The position numbers were made by a program, and so were the translations under genes. A stretch of DNA of 64,000 nt from an uncultured virus (IMG/VR IMGVR_UViG_3300025400_000009) (lineage: Duplodnaviria; Heunggongvirae; Uroviricota; Caudoviricetes): IMG/VR virus record IMGVR_UViG_3300025400_000009, one strand, 5' to 3'. Below are positions 49,501-58,437 of this stretch, one piece after another. The notes beneath the pieces are model-generated. The model was not told where the DNA came from, searched no databases, and was given only the letters and a program-made list of their open reading frames with translations. Each line of letters starts with the position of its first letter. The first letter of the stretch is position 1.

Positions 49501-52500
49501 AAAAGTTTTAGTCACGGGGTTAGATACCTATATACAAACTAAACTATTAGCAACAATTACTACTTCTACATCGGGTTCTGCATTTGGTTCTAGTTTATCA
49601 GTAGTACCTACGAGTACTATTACAAGTTTATTATTTGTCGGAGCTCCGGTAGGTAATGGTGCTGTTCACTCATATACAGTAAAATCTACAGCCACAGTTA
49701 GCTCGGTCTATTCGGGTTCTGTGTCAGGCACTTCGGGATCATTATTCGGTACTTCGATTGCTACAAATAGTACAGGTAGTTTGGTAGCAATAGGTGCTCC
49801 GGGTTACTCACAGGCTACAGGGCAAGTTCGATATTACACCGGTAGTTTATCTTCATTAGGCACAATCACTTCTCCATTTGCAACAGGAACCAACTTTGGC
49901 CAATCTTTGGCAATGAGTCGAGACGGCTATTATCTTGCTGTAAGTGCTCCTAATCTAAACAATGACGATGGAAGTATAGGTGCTGTGTGCATTTATACAT
50001 TGACAAATAATGCATATGTATTAGATACAACCTTAATAAATCCAGTAATAGGTTCGACAATGAACTTTGGCATAGCTATGGATTTTACATCAGAAGCTGA
50101 TGCCTTGGTTGTTACCGCATTAGGAACAAACACTTCGGTTGTAACTTATTTTGATGAACACACAACTACCTTTGATTTAGACACAACTAGATTTACAGAA
50201 TCTGAAATAATGTCGGGCTCTGCTTATTTGTATTCACGTAGAGGTACACGATTTGTCTATAGCGAAGAACTAGTCAACGCAGAAGAAAACATTACAACAG
50301 GTACTAACTATGGAACATCTGTTTCATTAGACAACGGTGTTGTACTAGTCGGTGCTCCGGGCGGTTCAACACAACTAGTAAGTACTGCTACCAGTGCAAT
50401 CTATCAGTTTACTGCAATAGACCCAGCAGTGGTAGGATGGAATCAGTTACGAGTTCAAGACGATTTTGTATTACCTTCGGGTGTTCAAAAGATTTGTTTA
50501 GTTGATACAGTATCTAATGATATTATTAACTATTATGACTATGTGGATCCGTTAAAAGGTCAAATCGTTGGTCTTGCTGAGGAAGAACTAACTTATAAAG
50601 TTGCAAGTGATCCTGCTATATATAGCATCGGTGATTCTAAAGTAAATGTTAATAATGTATCAAACTGGCTTGACAATCAAGTAGGTCAACTATGGTGGGA
50701 TTTAAGTACTGCCAAGTTTACCTGGTATGAGCAAGGTGATTTAGAATATCGTAGAATCAACTGGAACACACTATTCCCTGGGGCTAGTATTGATGTATAC
50801 GAATGGGTTAAATCTACATTGTTGCCAAGTGATTGGGCTATTCAAGCCGACACAACTTCGGGACTTGCAAAAGGTATTAGCGGTCAACCTAAATATCCTG
50901 ACAACAGTACATTGTCGGTTACACAAGAATATGATTCTGCAACAGGTGGCTTTATTAATACCTATTATTACTGGGTTAAGAATAAAGCAACTATACCTAA
51001 TGTAGCTGATCGTAGAACCAGCGCACAGAATGTAGCTTCTTATATTGCTAACCCGTTAGCTGCTGGCCTACAGTTTGCATCTATAATAGATAAAAATACC
51101 ATAATGTTAGCTAATATTGCTACTGAGTTAAAATCTGATCAAATCAGTCTAAACTTTGCTATTGATAATACTAACAGTAAAATACCTCGTCACACAGAGT
51201 GGCAGTTAATGACAGACGGCAAAGAAACAAGCACACCACCCGGACTGTTAGAACGTAAAATGATTGATAGTTTTATTGGATATAGTACAAGTACAGGTGC
51301 TCTTGTTCCTGATCCAAAACTGTCAGCTAGAGCTAAGTTTGGTATTGGCATCAGACCTCAACAAACATTATTCAACAACAGATTTGAAGCATTGCGTAAT
51401 GTTATAGATTTTGCCAACAGCATTTTAATAGATGTTCAAGTTACCAGCAACTACAGTTTTAATAACTTAAACGCCGCTGAGCCTTTTCCTACTCAATATA
51501 CCGTAATCGAGGATGCTACAGAGTTGGATCCGGTATTTGTTGGAAGTACATCGACTGTTACAGTATTAGTTGATGCTGATTCTAACAACGGATGGGCAGT
51601 ATATGAACTACAAAATAGTAAATGGGTAAGAGTAAGAACACAAAGTTATAACACTCCATTATATTGGAAACATGTTGATTGGGTGTCTACTTCTTACGAT
51701 GCTTATCGAGATATTACTGTTGCAGTTGACGAGTTATATCAGTTGGCTGAAGTTAGTCTATCTGCCGGGCAATATGTCAAAGTTAATAATCGAGGCGACG
51801 GCAACTATATTATTCTAGAAGTAGCACCTGCTGGTACTGTTGGTGATTTTGGTAATAACTATCTAACTCGTTATATACAAAACGGTACTATTCAGTTCTT
51901 AGATACTTTATGGAATCTAGCATTTGGATGGAATCAAACATATAGTTACAGTCAAACATTGTTTGATCAAACTCCTAACAAGGAAATTCAATTTATTCTT
52001 ACTGCCTTAAAGGATGATTTGTTTATCAATGATTTAAGAGTCAACTGGAATAAACTATTCTTCAAGGCCATGAAGTATGCTGTTTCAGAGCAGCCTGCTA
52101 TTGATTGGATATTAAAAACATCGTTTATTGATGTAACTAACTATGCGGGACAGTTGACACAGCCTCCTATCTATAAGTTACAAGATAGTTCTTACTATGA
52201 AGATTTTATTAATGAAGTAAAACCCTACCATACAAAAGTTAGAAACTTTACAACTAACTTTAGTAATACAGAGTTTTCTCAAACATTGACTACTGATTTT
52301 GATTTCCCTGCATATTGGAGTACATTAACAAATAAATTTGTTACTACTCCTGTGTCAACATCGTCGTTGGTATATCCACAATATTTGTCAAACAGTGGTA
52401 CATATACTACTTCTACTGTACCTACTTTAGAAAGTTTGTTTGTAAATCCTGTTCGACAAATAACTGAGACTATGGTCTTTGACAGAATTTCTACAAGAAA

Positions 52501-55500
52501 TCAAATTGGCAGTTTGTCTGTAACAGATATTTTTATTGGTGATGGTGCTAGTACTGAATTCGTCCTAAGTTGGGTAGCACAGGCTGATAGATTTAAAATG
52601 AATCTATCTGTTACTGGCGAGTACGTATTGCCTACCGAATACACCGTTCGATATTATAAAGAAACTTATAATGGTTTTACCAAACACTATTCTAAACTAG
52701 TATTCTTAAATATTGATCAAGCTCCTGCATTAGGTGCGGTAGTTACGTTCACTTACGAAAAGAGTGTATCGTTAATGTCTGCCGTAGAACGTATTCAAAA
52801 CTTCTATGCACCGACCGCGGGTATGGCAGGTACTGCTACTGAACAACTGATGGTAGGAGTTGATGATCCTAGAACACATATCGGCGGCCAATATGAAGGA
52901 AAGAGTTTTGTAAATCCCTACGGTAATATTGTAGGCGGCCCTGATAGTCTTATTAATCCTAGTCATCTTTCTGGTACCTACGATATAAACTTATCTCAGC
53001 CTTATCCGACATGGTCAGGAACAAACTTAATAAATGCATTAGGTGTTGATCCTGCAGATTTAATCATCGAAGGTGAATATGGATTTGTAACAACAAGTTC
53101 TGCCTATGCTCCTGAAGAAGTTATTCCTGGTGTAGTTGCAGATACATTAGGTATTGATGTTTATACTCAAGCAGGGTATGTTACACCTACTATTGTAAAC
53201 GGTTCTGGAAATGTCATAGCAGGTACTTCTTGTACATTCCCGTTATCAAGTCTTCCGACTACTATCGGAAGCATTGTGGTAGCAGTTAATGGTACTGAGT
53301 TTGCATACTCAACAGTAACAAATATATCTAATACATTTAATATTGATTGGATAAACTCTGCATTGGTTATTCCTCCACAACCCACTGACGGTGTTGTGGC
53401 ATACACTATTATTGGTGTTGGATCAAACTCATCAGCTATTCCTGGAATCATTGATAGAGTAACAGTTAATACAGTAGCAAATACTACTACCGCTCAAGCA
53501 GTTAGTTTAGGTAGTTTTGATGAAGTTACAGGAGTCTTTGTAACATTAGATGGACAAATACTTTCTTCTAATATAATACCTAGCCCGTACTATCAACTTG
53601 TTCCAGCTTCTACAACATCTAACAGAGCATCTGTTATTGTTTATAATCTTCCACTGGGTATTGAAAATACATTGCAGGCTTGGTTCTTTGATAATGTAGG
53701 TACTAACTTTAATCAAGTTAATGTAAACTATATAACTGTAAATGGCCAAGCAATTTTTGATCCAAATCAGCCCACTTTTGCAGGAATAGATATTCCTAAT
53801 CCTCCGGGAAATGTTGGACCTCCGAGCTCACAGGTAATAGTAGAAGCATCGGACATAGGTAGTAATACTTCTATAAGATTATTACCACCAAGTGTTACCT
53901 ATTATACAGTGACATCTACTAGTGTTACTCAATATCAAATCAAAGATGCCTTTAACCCATTTGTAAAAGATGTTAACTACGGAGACAACGTTAATGTTTA
54001 TATAAACGGTTCTCAAATAGCATTAGGTGCAGATTTTACTTTTGACAATAACAATGTAACAATATCCAAATCTTTTAATGTCGGTGACGTTATTGCGGTT
54101 GAATCATATATGCCAAATAACTTTGCAAATCACTATAATAGTTCAACTTCAGTGACCTATGATTATGATTATATTGTAACTTTGCAAGGTAAACTAGTAT
54201 TATCACCAAACTGGTATACAAGAACTAATATAAATTATAAGATTACAACTTATACTGATCAGGATTCTATGGGTATCGAAACACAAGTGTTTAAAGGAAA
54301 TCCATATAGAACATATATTTTAGATAGACCTGTTCTAGATCAAAATTACGTTTGGGTTACAATCAACTATCCAATATCTAACACAGGTAGATCTGGAGAA
54401 CAAGTGTTAATAGGCGGCGTTGATTTCCAAGTGTTGTCTGATCAGTTAACTGTTGTTATTGGTGATGCATACGATGTTACCTCAGATTGTACTGTGGTGA
54501 TAATGAGTATTGCCGGTCCTTCTAATAAAAACATTCTAGGTTACAGATATTTTAGAAATATTCTGGGACAAGAATCTTTTACAAGACTGTCTAATAAAAA
54601 CTCTACATACCTAACACAACCGTTGTATACAACATCTACAGAAATACATGTTGCAGATTCTACAATATTAAGCCCTGCTGATCCTGGAACAAATACTCCG
54701 GGTGCAGTATTGATTTCAGGAGAATTAATAGAGTTCTATGAAAATAGCAATAATGTTTTAAGCCAACTAAGACGCGGTGCCCGTGGCACAGGTATTATTA
54801 CTACAGCAACTTTGGGTACTCGTGTAATAGATCAAGGTGTGTATCAAACTGTTCCAATAGCACCTGAACAGGCTTATCAAGAAACAGTATTAGCACAGAA
54901 TACATATACTAATGCTGCTCTAAGTAATACCTATACTATCAAATCTTCATCTATTACTGGATGGATTAATACTTTAACAGCTTCTGTTATTAGATGTGAT
55001 GGTATTTCTTTCCTAACCTCGGTATCACCGTTACCAGTTGATCCTTATACAGGTTCCTTTGTTGTCGGTAATAGAATATATTCTGTCTCTACTGCAAGTA
55101 TTGCAGCCAAAGATCAAATACAAGTTTACTATGGCGGTTATCCGTTGCGTAAAAATATTTCATATTACCAAGACACAACAGTACAACATGACAGTATATT
55201 GGAATCTCAAATACTTGGAACATTCCCTACAGTATCTTCATTGACTAATGTGTATTCTAGGTTGTCAACTGATTTACAATATACTCCGAATCCTGCATAT
55301 GTTACCACTGACACTAGTATTGTTTGGGTATACAAATCAGGACAATCGCAAGTAAATATTGATTATACTACATCAACCAATGTAGGACTTCCAGTTAAAT
55401 CTACAGGTACAACTTACCTTGTAACAAGTACTAACTTGATTTATTGGTCAACTGGTACAGGTTATATAGTAACTGCAACACTGGGATTAATTGATTCTGG

Positions 55501-55771
55501 ATTACGTCAACTACCGCCTGATTTTACTATTAACACTAGTACTCAAGTGATAACATTAAATACTTCAACAGTTAAGTTAAACACAGGAACATTGTTATCG
55601 ATTGTTATGAAACGTGTAACCTCTAGCTGGAACGATGTTGTATCTGCAGGAACTTCAACTGTTTCTCTAACATCTAGTACAAGTTTTGAAGCACAGTTCT
55701 TACAAGAAGCGCCTGCTATACTTCCTGATGTTTATTTCTATAGTGGAAATGCAATTAAAGGGAACGTATAA
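43514..55771 (+). CDS. Giant baseplate-associated structural protein (4085 aa), multi-domain
   Basis: Single uninterrupted ORF directly after gp6 (gp7 position); includes seven FG-GAP-like blades, two short CBM5/12-like modules and several Ig-like VY.NG...G.DY repeats. Confidence 0.75.
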   Translation: MSTSTVHSVNLLPTYLQTNKNSKFLSSTIDQLIQPAQLERLNAYIGSTSTPTYHIGDSYVQESTALRQAYQLDPALVTNDINGVIQSVVALDDLANEIALEGGLTNNFDRLFRSQVYPYYPQIAIDKLVNYEKYYWLPEGPELVNIDQADLDVANQVIGQSDVVLTVGNNSVQLLNGMMVTFSGDGVSNQYKYKEFFVEGTGTSIVLVPYDSLITPEVSAQQNPDLFDKAGFDMLSFDDNRNIPVDPQYITINRASKDLNAWSRANRWVHEDIIIASTAANNAEVKLPPLQRALRPIIEFNADIKLFNHGSVAYKYVDVVDKYTKNAFLTISGTTIPGTSNTSTVVVDGIPLEHGYRIIFTNDTDPTVQNNIYQVNFVNINGTYKLVLLPASDNMPEEGASVIVTQGTVFGGTTLWYNGTTWVSAQQKTATNQAPLFDLFDENEVSYSDTQYYLSNFTGNKIFGYKINNSNPVDSILGLHVDYRNISSIGSFLFTNYFGTDQITVSLSGTTVDVVPTSKTFFKIGNKYLNVWDSLLSPPININSTGYYDVPLSLTNNPLNSYLTDFTLADFDQQAVTNTRLISNGNNPMAFAMMFIGKKSNSVIDAIEKSSDAYNQFKLALIAQASSIADVTDPVKVLDEILTKINLSKTSLSPYYLSDMVAYGVDKKTLTYTVTNPNVVTYSINSEFNLTASSNRSVLIYLNGRQLTAGQDYTFDPYDAGVTFSIVLSAGDVITINDYRDTRGSFIPPTPTKLGLYPSFVPKIYSDNTYASGPVNVIQGHDGSIMLAYNDYRDAIILEYELRVFNNLKVAYRPELFDVNSSNPGAFRDSLGTSNYSLDEVNKIIQPSFIKWAGTYGIEYITNNSFDINNPFTWNYTGSVYKGLQYPNASAGTGISVSGSWRAVFEYFYDTDRPHTAPWEMLGFGKQPSWWDAEYGVAPYTSGNTKMWTDIQAGNIAQGPIAGINTFYARPGLLDILPVDEFGNLLSPTIIGLVAHAASPNISYNWNIGNRSPAETAWRRSSYWPFVVQRLLALTQPATYCALMYDPANMSVNKAGQWTYGSAYSFLQLPSMPIHGESGVATSGYGVFVSEVGQQRTQNYINELRQDLKYVNFNLFYKVGGFVNPNTLQIIIDAYEPTTTAPGAILPNESYSLILNTSNPIQSIGISGIIVQRTDAGYVVRGYDRQQPYFTYYPAVRNANTPTITVGGVTSDYVAWTSATGVGDRNLTSLDTTTAKAAPSNIFYQAGQIVQYGNNFYRVLVGHSAESTFDASLYQILPSIPTTGGATVQVANSFNKNSVKVPYGTTFTNIQDVYDLIIGYGAWLTDQGFVFEQFNTNLGTNVDWHLSGKEFLYWSTQSWTSSGVITLSPFADQLTFQTTNSVVNNIFDNFYEYSISKADGTPFPQNNLFVARQSGQFTINVINSVEGIYFARLLCIQKEHAIVFDNTDIFGDIIYDIETGERQARMKLVGFRTANWNGDFFAPGFLYDEAKVVEWKPFTNYLASDVVKYNSQYYSAISNVAGTKSFVYTQWNILSSKPTAGLFSNFDYKVSQFNDFYSLDIDNFDSSIQQAAQNLTGYTPRPYLNNIFSDPISQYKFYQGMIREKGTANPIIKLAAATIQNLNSKIEFNEEWAFRVGQYGSFTTYNEFEVPLKEGTFVENPQIISFVESVPKESNSVIYYATPNELTIGTGTLPTVATSTSTATLQLLHAGYVRFDDVDATAYNFSSLLDIANNDVINDGTTVWLGFKPDGSWDVLRYTFRSADIIDVNATQPFSQITFTTSGTHSLSVGQLVSVVNFNSEVNGVYTILEIPSNTEFTVASTLGSIDFNNPSSPGMLFTFDSIRVETFDNLPIDQTLYRYNLGSKVWVNTGNGTDNNGWAVYEKVLNYTNTDVKSISSISNEGLGYSISKPKGSKILAVGSPYYTGTNVGGFVSGNVGLYEINNNKLQAISFYQMYNTAGTGNLYGYSVAYNPIPFSSSTYGLIFAGAPGANNNAGKVLVTGLDTYIQTKLLATITTSTSGSAFGSSLSVVPTSTITSLLFVGAPVGNGAVHSYTVKSTATVSSVYSGSVSGTSGSLFGTSIATNSTGSLVAIGAPGYSQATGQVRYYTGSLSSLGTITSPFATGTNFGQSLAMSRDGYYLAVSAPNLNNDDGSIGAVCIYTLTNNAYVLDTTLINPVIGSTMNFGIAMDFTSEADALVVTALGTNTSVVTYFDEHTTTFDLDTTRFTESEIMSGSAYLYSRRGTRFVYSEELVNAEENITTGTNYGTSVSLDNGVVLVGAPGGSTQLVSTATSAIYQFTAIDPAVVGWNQLRVQDDFVLPSGVQKICLVDTVSNDIINYYDYVDPLKGQIVGLAEEELTYKVASDPAIYSIGDSKVNVNNVSNWLDNQVGQLWWDLSTAKFTWYEQGDLEYRRINWNTLFPGASIDVYEWVKSTLLPSDWAIQADTTSGLAKGISGQPKYPDNSTLSVTQEYDSATGGFINTYYYWVKNKATIPNVADRRTSAQNVASYIANPLAAGLQFASIIDKNTIMLANIATELKSDQISLNFAIDNTNSKIPRHTEWQLMTDGKETSTPPGLLERKMIDSFIGYSTSTGALVPDPKLSARAKFGIGIRPQQTLFNNRFEALRNVIDFANSILIDVQVTSNYSFNNLNAAEPFPTQYTVIEDATELDPVFVGSTSTVTVLVDADSNNGWAVYELQNSKWVRVRTQSYNTPLYWKHVDWVSTSYDAYRDITVAVDELYQLAEVSLSAGQYVKVNNRGDGNYIILEVAPAGTVGDFGNNYLTRYIQNGTIQFLDTLWNLAFGWNQTYSYSQTLFDQTPNKEIQFILTALKDDLFINDLRVNWNKLFFKAMKYAVSEQPAIDWILKTSFIDVTNYAGQLTQPPIYKLQDSSYYEDFINEVKPYHTKVRNFTTNFSNTEFSQTLTTDFDFPAYWSTLTNKFVTTPVSTSSLVYPQYLSNSGTYTTSTVPTLESLFVNPVRQITETMVFDRISTRNQIGSLSVTDIFIGDGASTEFVLSWVAQADRFKMNLSVTGEYVLPTEYTVRYYKETYNGFTKHYSKLVFLNIDQAPALGAVVTFTYEKSVSLMSAVERIQNFYAPTAGMAGTATEQLMVGVDDPRTHIGGQYEGKSFVNPYGNIVGGPDSLINPSHLSGTYDINLSQPYPTWSGTNLINALGVDPADLIIEGEYGFVTTSSAYAPEEVIPGVVADTLGIDVYTQAGYVTPTIVNGSGNVIAGTSCTFPLSSLPTTIGSIVVAVNGTEFAYSTVTNISNTFNIDWINSALVIPPQPTDGVVAYTIIGVGSNSSAIPGIIDRVTVNTVANTTTAQAVSLGSFDEVTGVFVTLDGQILSSNIIPSPYYQLVPASTTSNRASVIVYNLPLGIENTLQAWFFDNVGTNFNQVNVNYITVNGQAIFDPNQPTFAGIDIPNPPGNVGPPSSQVIVEASDIGSNTSIRLLPPSVTYYTVTSTSVTQYQIKDAFNPFVKDVNYGDNVNVYINGSQIALGADFTFDNNNVTISKSFNVGDVIAVESYMPNNFANHYNSSTSVTYDYDYIVTLQGKLVLSPNWYTRTNINYKITTYTDQDSMGIETQVFKGNPYRTYILDRPVLDQNYVWVTINYPISNTGRSGEQVLIGGVDFQVLSDQLTVVIGDAYDVTSDCTVVIMSIAGPSNKNILGYRYFRNILGQESFTRLSNKNSTYLTQPLYTTSTEIHVADSTILSPADPGTNTPGAVLISGELIEFYENSNNVLSQLRRGARGTGIITTATLGTRVIDQGVYQTVPIAPEQAYQETVLAQNTYTNAALSNTYTIKSSSITGWINTLTASVIRCDGISFLTSVSPLPVDPYTGSFVVGNRIYSVSTASIAAKDQIQVYYGGYPLRKNISYYQDTTVQHDSILESQILGTFPTVSSLTNVYSRLSTDLQYTPNPAYVTTDTSIVWVYKSGQSQVNIDYTTSTNVGLPVKSTGTTYLVTSTNLIYWSTGTGYIVTATLGLIDSGLRQLPPDFTINTSTQVITLNTSTVKLNTGTLLSIVMKRVTSSWNDVVSAGTSTVSLTSSTSFEAQFLQEAPAILPDVYFYSGNAIKGNV

Positions 55772-55776
55772 ACTAG

Positions 55777-55784
55777 CATAAATA
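55777..55784 (+). promoter_or_regulatory. Late promoter-like CATAAATA
   Basis: 5 nt upstream of ATG 55790. Confidence 0.55.
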
Positions 55785-55789
55785 TCATC

Positions 55790-56425
55790 ATGGAACAAAA
55801 ACAAATGAATACCAACACAGAAAAAAAACCCAATGAACAAGGAAACATTGCTGTTCGCGGGCATATTAAAATCTATAATCCAGAAACCGGACAAGTGTTT
55901 ATTGACAAGCCTAATGCTATTAACTATGAAACTTTTAGTATAAGTTTAGCACAAAGTGTTAGTAACCAAGGCCGAGGAATGATCGAAGGTATGGCATTTG
56001 GTAATGGAGGTACTCGCGTTGACGATACCGGTATTATTACATACCTAACACCGAACGTTATTGGTACAACTGCTGGTCTATATAATCAAACTTATTATAA
56101 AGTAGTTGATTCAAATCAAACATACGACTTGGATCCTGCTAGAAACTTTATGGAAGTTAGACATGTCGCTGGCTCATTCTATAGTGATGTTTTAGTTAGT
56201 TGTTTATTAGATTTTGGTGAGCCCAACGGCCAAATGGCCTTTGACAATGCTACTAACAGCGATGGTACATATGTGTTTGACGAACTTGGTCTTAGAGCAT
56301 ATAGTCCAAATGGTCCTGGAACTGGGCCGTTGTTAACTCATGTAATTTTTCACCCTGTGCAAAAAAGTTTGAATCGAATGATTCAGATTGATTATACCAT
56401 CCGAGTACAGAGTTTAAGTTCTTAA
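55790..56425 (+). CDS. Baseplate/tail structural protein (211 aa)
   Basis: GHIKIY...NAI, MAFGNGG, FDELGL, LLTHVIFHPVQKSLNR.IQIDYTIR pattern; operon context. Confidence 0.65.
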   Translation: MEQKQMNTNTEKKPNEQGNIAVRGHIKIYNPETGQVFIDKPNAINYETFSISLAQSVSNQGRGMIEGMAFGNGGTRVDDTGIITYLTPNVIGTTAGLYNQTYYKVVDSNQTYDLDPARNFMEVRHVAGSFYSDVLVSCLLDFGEPNGQMAFDNATNSDGTYVFDELGLRAYSPNGPGTGPLLTHVIFHPVQKSLNRMIQIDYTIRVQSLSS

Positions 56426-56435
56426 GGATAGTGTA

Positions 56436-57224
56436 ATGGCATATACAATTTTAAATAATAATAACACAGTTTTAGTAAGAGTAGCCGATGACTCTATTGA
56501 TCAATCTACCAGTGTTACTTTTGTTGGTAAAGATTATGCTGGTTACGGACAATACTATAATCAAAACCTAGTAACATTATTAACTAATTCTGCCAATCCT
56601 AACTATTCCCCTCCCGCTAATCCTTTAGGCGGCCAATTGTGGTATGATACAACATATAAAAAACTTAGAGTATTTGATGCTACTTCGGGTACATTTATAA
56701 GTGCCGGCGGAGCAACTATTGGTACTAGTCAACCTGCTGGATTAAACGCTGGTGATTTTTGGTATAATAGCAATAATGCCACACAAACAATAAATTTCTT
56801 TAATGGAAGTTCTTTTGTTACCCTTTCGACCTATCCAATGAATCAACCAACTGGATTGATTACACCTATACTACCTATTCTTAATAATACCAGTCCTCCG
56901 ATAAATCAACAAGTTTCTTTATTAGAAAACTACGGTGTAGTAAAAGGTGCATTAAGTAATAGTTCGTTTACGGTTAATGGAACTCAAAGCGTAAACATTT
57001 TTAATACAACCAGCTACACTATTACCCAGGGATTAAATATCATTGGTAATATACAAGCTTCTGCAAATGTCATTACTAACAATGTAACTGCTACTTCGAT
57101 AACTGTTAATTCTATTTCTATCGGTGCTGCGACTAGCGGAACTCCTACAAATAACACAACAGCTTCGTCTTGGTTAAAAATAGTTGTAGCAGGAACTCAG
57201 TACTTTTTACCTTTATATCAATAA
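56436..57224 (+). CDS. Short fibre/baseplate protein (262 aa)
   Basis: D..IDQSTS.TFVGK.YAGYG...N...P.NP..GQLWYD N-terminal module, paralogous to the next gene. Confidence 0.65.
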   Translation: MAYTILNNNNTVLVRVADDSIDQSTSVTFVGKDYAGYGQYYNQNLVTLLTNSANPNYSPPANPLGGQLWYDTTYKKLRVFDATSGTFISAGGATIGTSQPAGLNAGDFWYNSNNATQTINFFNGSSFVTLSTYPMNQPTGLITPILPILNNTSPPINQQVSLLENYGVVKGALSNSSFTVNGTQSVNIFNTTSYTITQGLNIIGNIQASANVITNNVTATSITVNSISIGAATSGTPTNNTTASSWLKIVVAGTQYFLPLYQ

Positions 57225-57228
57225 TACT

Positions 57229-58437
57229 ATGTCATACATTTTAACCAAAACCAGCGGTACTGTATTAACAACAGTTCGAGATGCAACAATAGATCAAACT
57301 ACAAGCCTTACCTTTGTTGGTAAAAACTTTTCTGGATATGGTCAACCTTTAGAAGAAAACTTCGTTGGGCTATTAGAAAACTTTAATAACTCTGTGTCTC
57401 CAACTAATCCAATACAGGGACAACTATGGTTTAATAATCAAACTCAGCAGTTAAATGTTTCTTATGATGGTACTAACTTTAAAGGTATTGCCAGTTTGAG
57501 CGTATGTGGATCTAGTACTATTCCAAATAATCCTGTAACTGGAGATATGATTTGGAATACATCTACTCAACAGTTATCGGTATATGATCAAACTTCTAAT
57601 GGATTTGTGTTTATCGGACCATTTGATCAAGGAACTGGCAGCTCGTGGTCATTTACTCCTGAGCAAACAAATCAATCTGTTTATCAAGCAACTATTCGTG
57701 GGCTTGTAGATGGTTTAAATGTACTAGCAATATCCAATGTTAACTATGTACCTGCAACATATCCGAGCAGTGATTTAGGCGTAGGCTCTGCTAATACATT
57801 TACAGTTGTTAAAGCTGGTATTACCTTGCCTGGAGCAGATTCTGCAACTGGAGTTTCTACAGTATCGACAACATCTGGATATATGTTATGGGGTACTGCG
57901 GCTCACTCACTATTAACATCTGGGTTGAATGTCACTGCCGCCCCTTCTGGAACATTATATATCCCTATGGTTTCTAATGCTACAGGTGCATCTAATGCTG
58001 TAGTAAACTCATCGTTTAACTATACTAATGGTGTATTAAATGCTACAGCCACTGCCGCTTACTATGCCGACTTGGCAGAGCGTTACGAAGCTGATGCTAT
58101 ATATGAACCTGGAACCGTTTTAGTAATCGGCGGCCTAAAAGAAGTTACAACTACTACTAAATTTGCTGATACAAGGGTAGCGGGTATAGTGTCTACAAAT
58201 CCTGCCTATTTAATGAATAAAGACGCCGGAAATGACGAAACTCACCCTGCAATTGCCTTAAAAGGTCGTGTTCTTTGCAAAGTTCACGGCTATATTGAAA
58301 GAGGTGATCTTTTAGTTACTAGTGACTATGCAGGATATGCTACAGCGGCTAAATCGGTATCTGAAGGATCTGTAATAGGAAAAGCCCTGCAAAGTAACTC
58401 ACAGGGCTTTGGGGTTATTGAAGTTCTTGTAGTTTAA
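57229..58437 (+). CDS. Fibre protein with C-terminal intramolecular chaperone/autocleavage (peptidase G2-like) domain
   Basis: Same N-terminal module as previous gene; YYADLAERYEAD..YEPGTVLVIGG...VAGIVSTNPAYLMN...IALKGRV.CKV.G....GDLLVTS. Confidence 0.75.
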   Translation: MSYILTKTSGTVLTTVRDATIDQTTSLTFVGKNFSGYGQPLEENFVGLLENFNNSVSPTNPIQGQLWFNNQTQQLNVSYDGTNFKGIASLSVCGSSTIPNNPVTGDMIWNTSTQQLSVYDQTSNGFVFIGPFDQGTGSSWSFTPEQTNQSVYQATIRGLVDGLNVLAISNVNYVPATYPSSDLGVGSANTFTVVKAGITLPGADSATGVSTVSTTSGYMLWGTAAHSLLTSGLNVTAAPSGTLYIPMVSNATGASNAVVNSSFNYTNGVLNATATAAYYADLAERYEADAIYEPGTVLVIGGLKEVTTTTKFADTRVAGIVSTNPAYLMNKDAGNDETHPAIALKGRVLCKVHGYIERGDLLVTSDYAGYATAAKSVSEGSVIGKALQSNSQGFGVIEVLVV

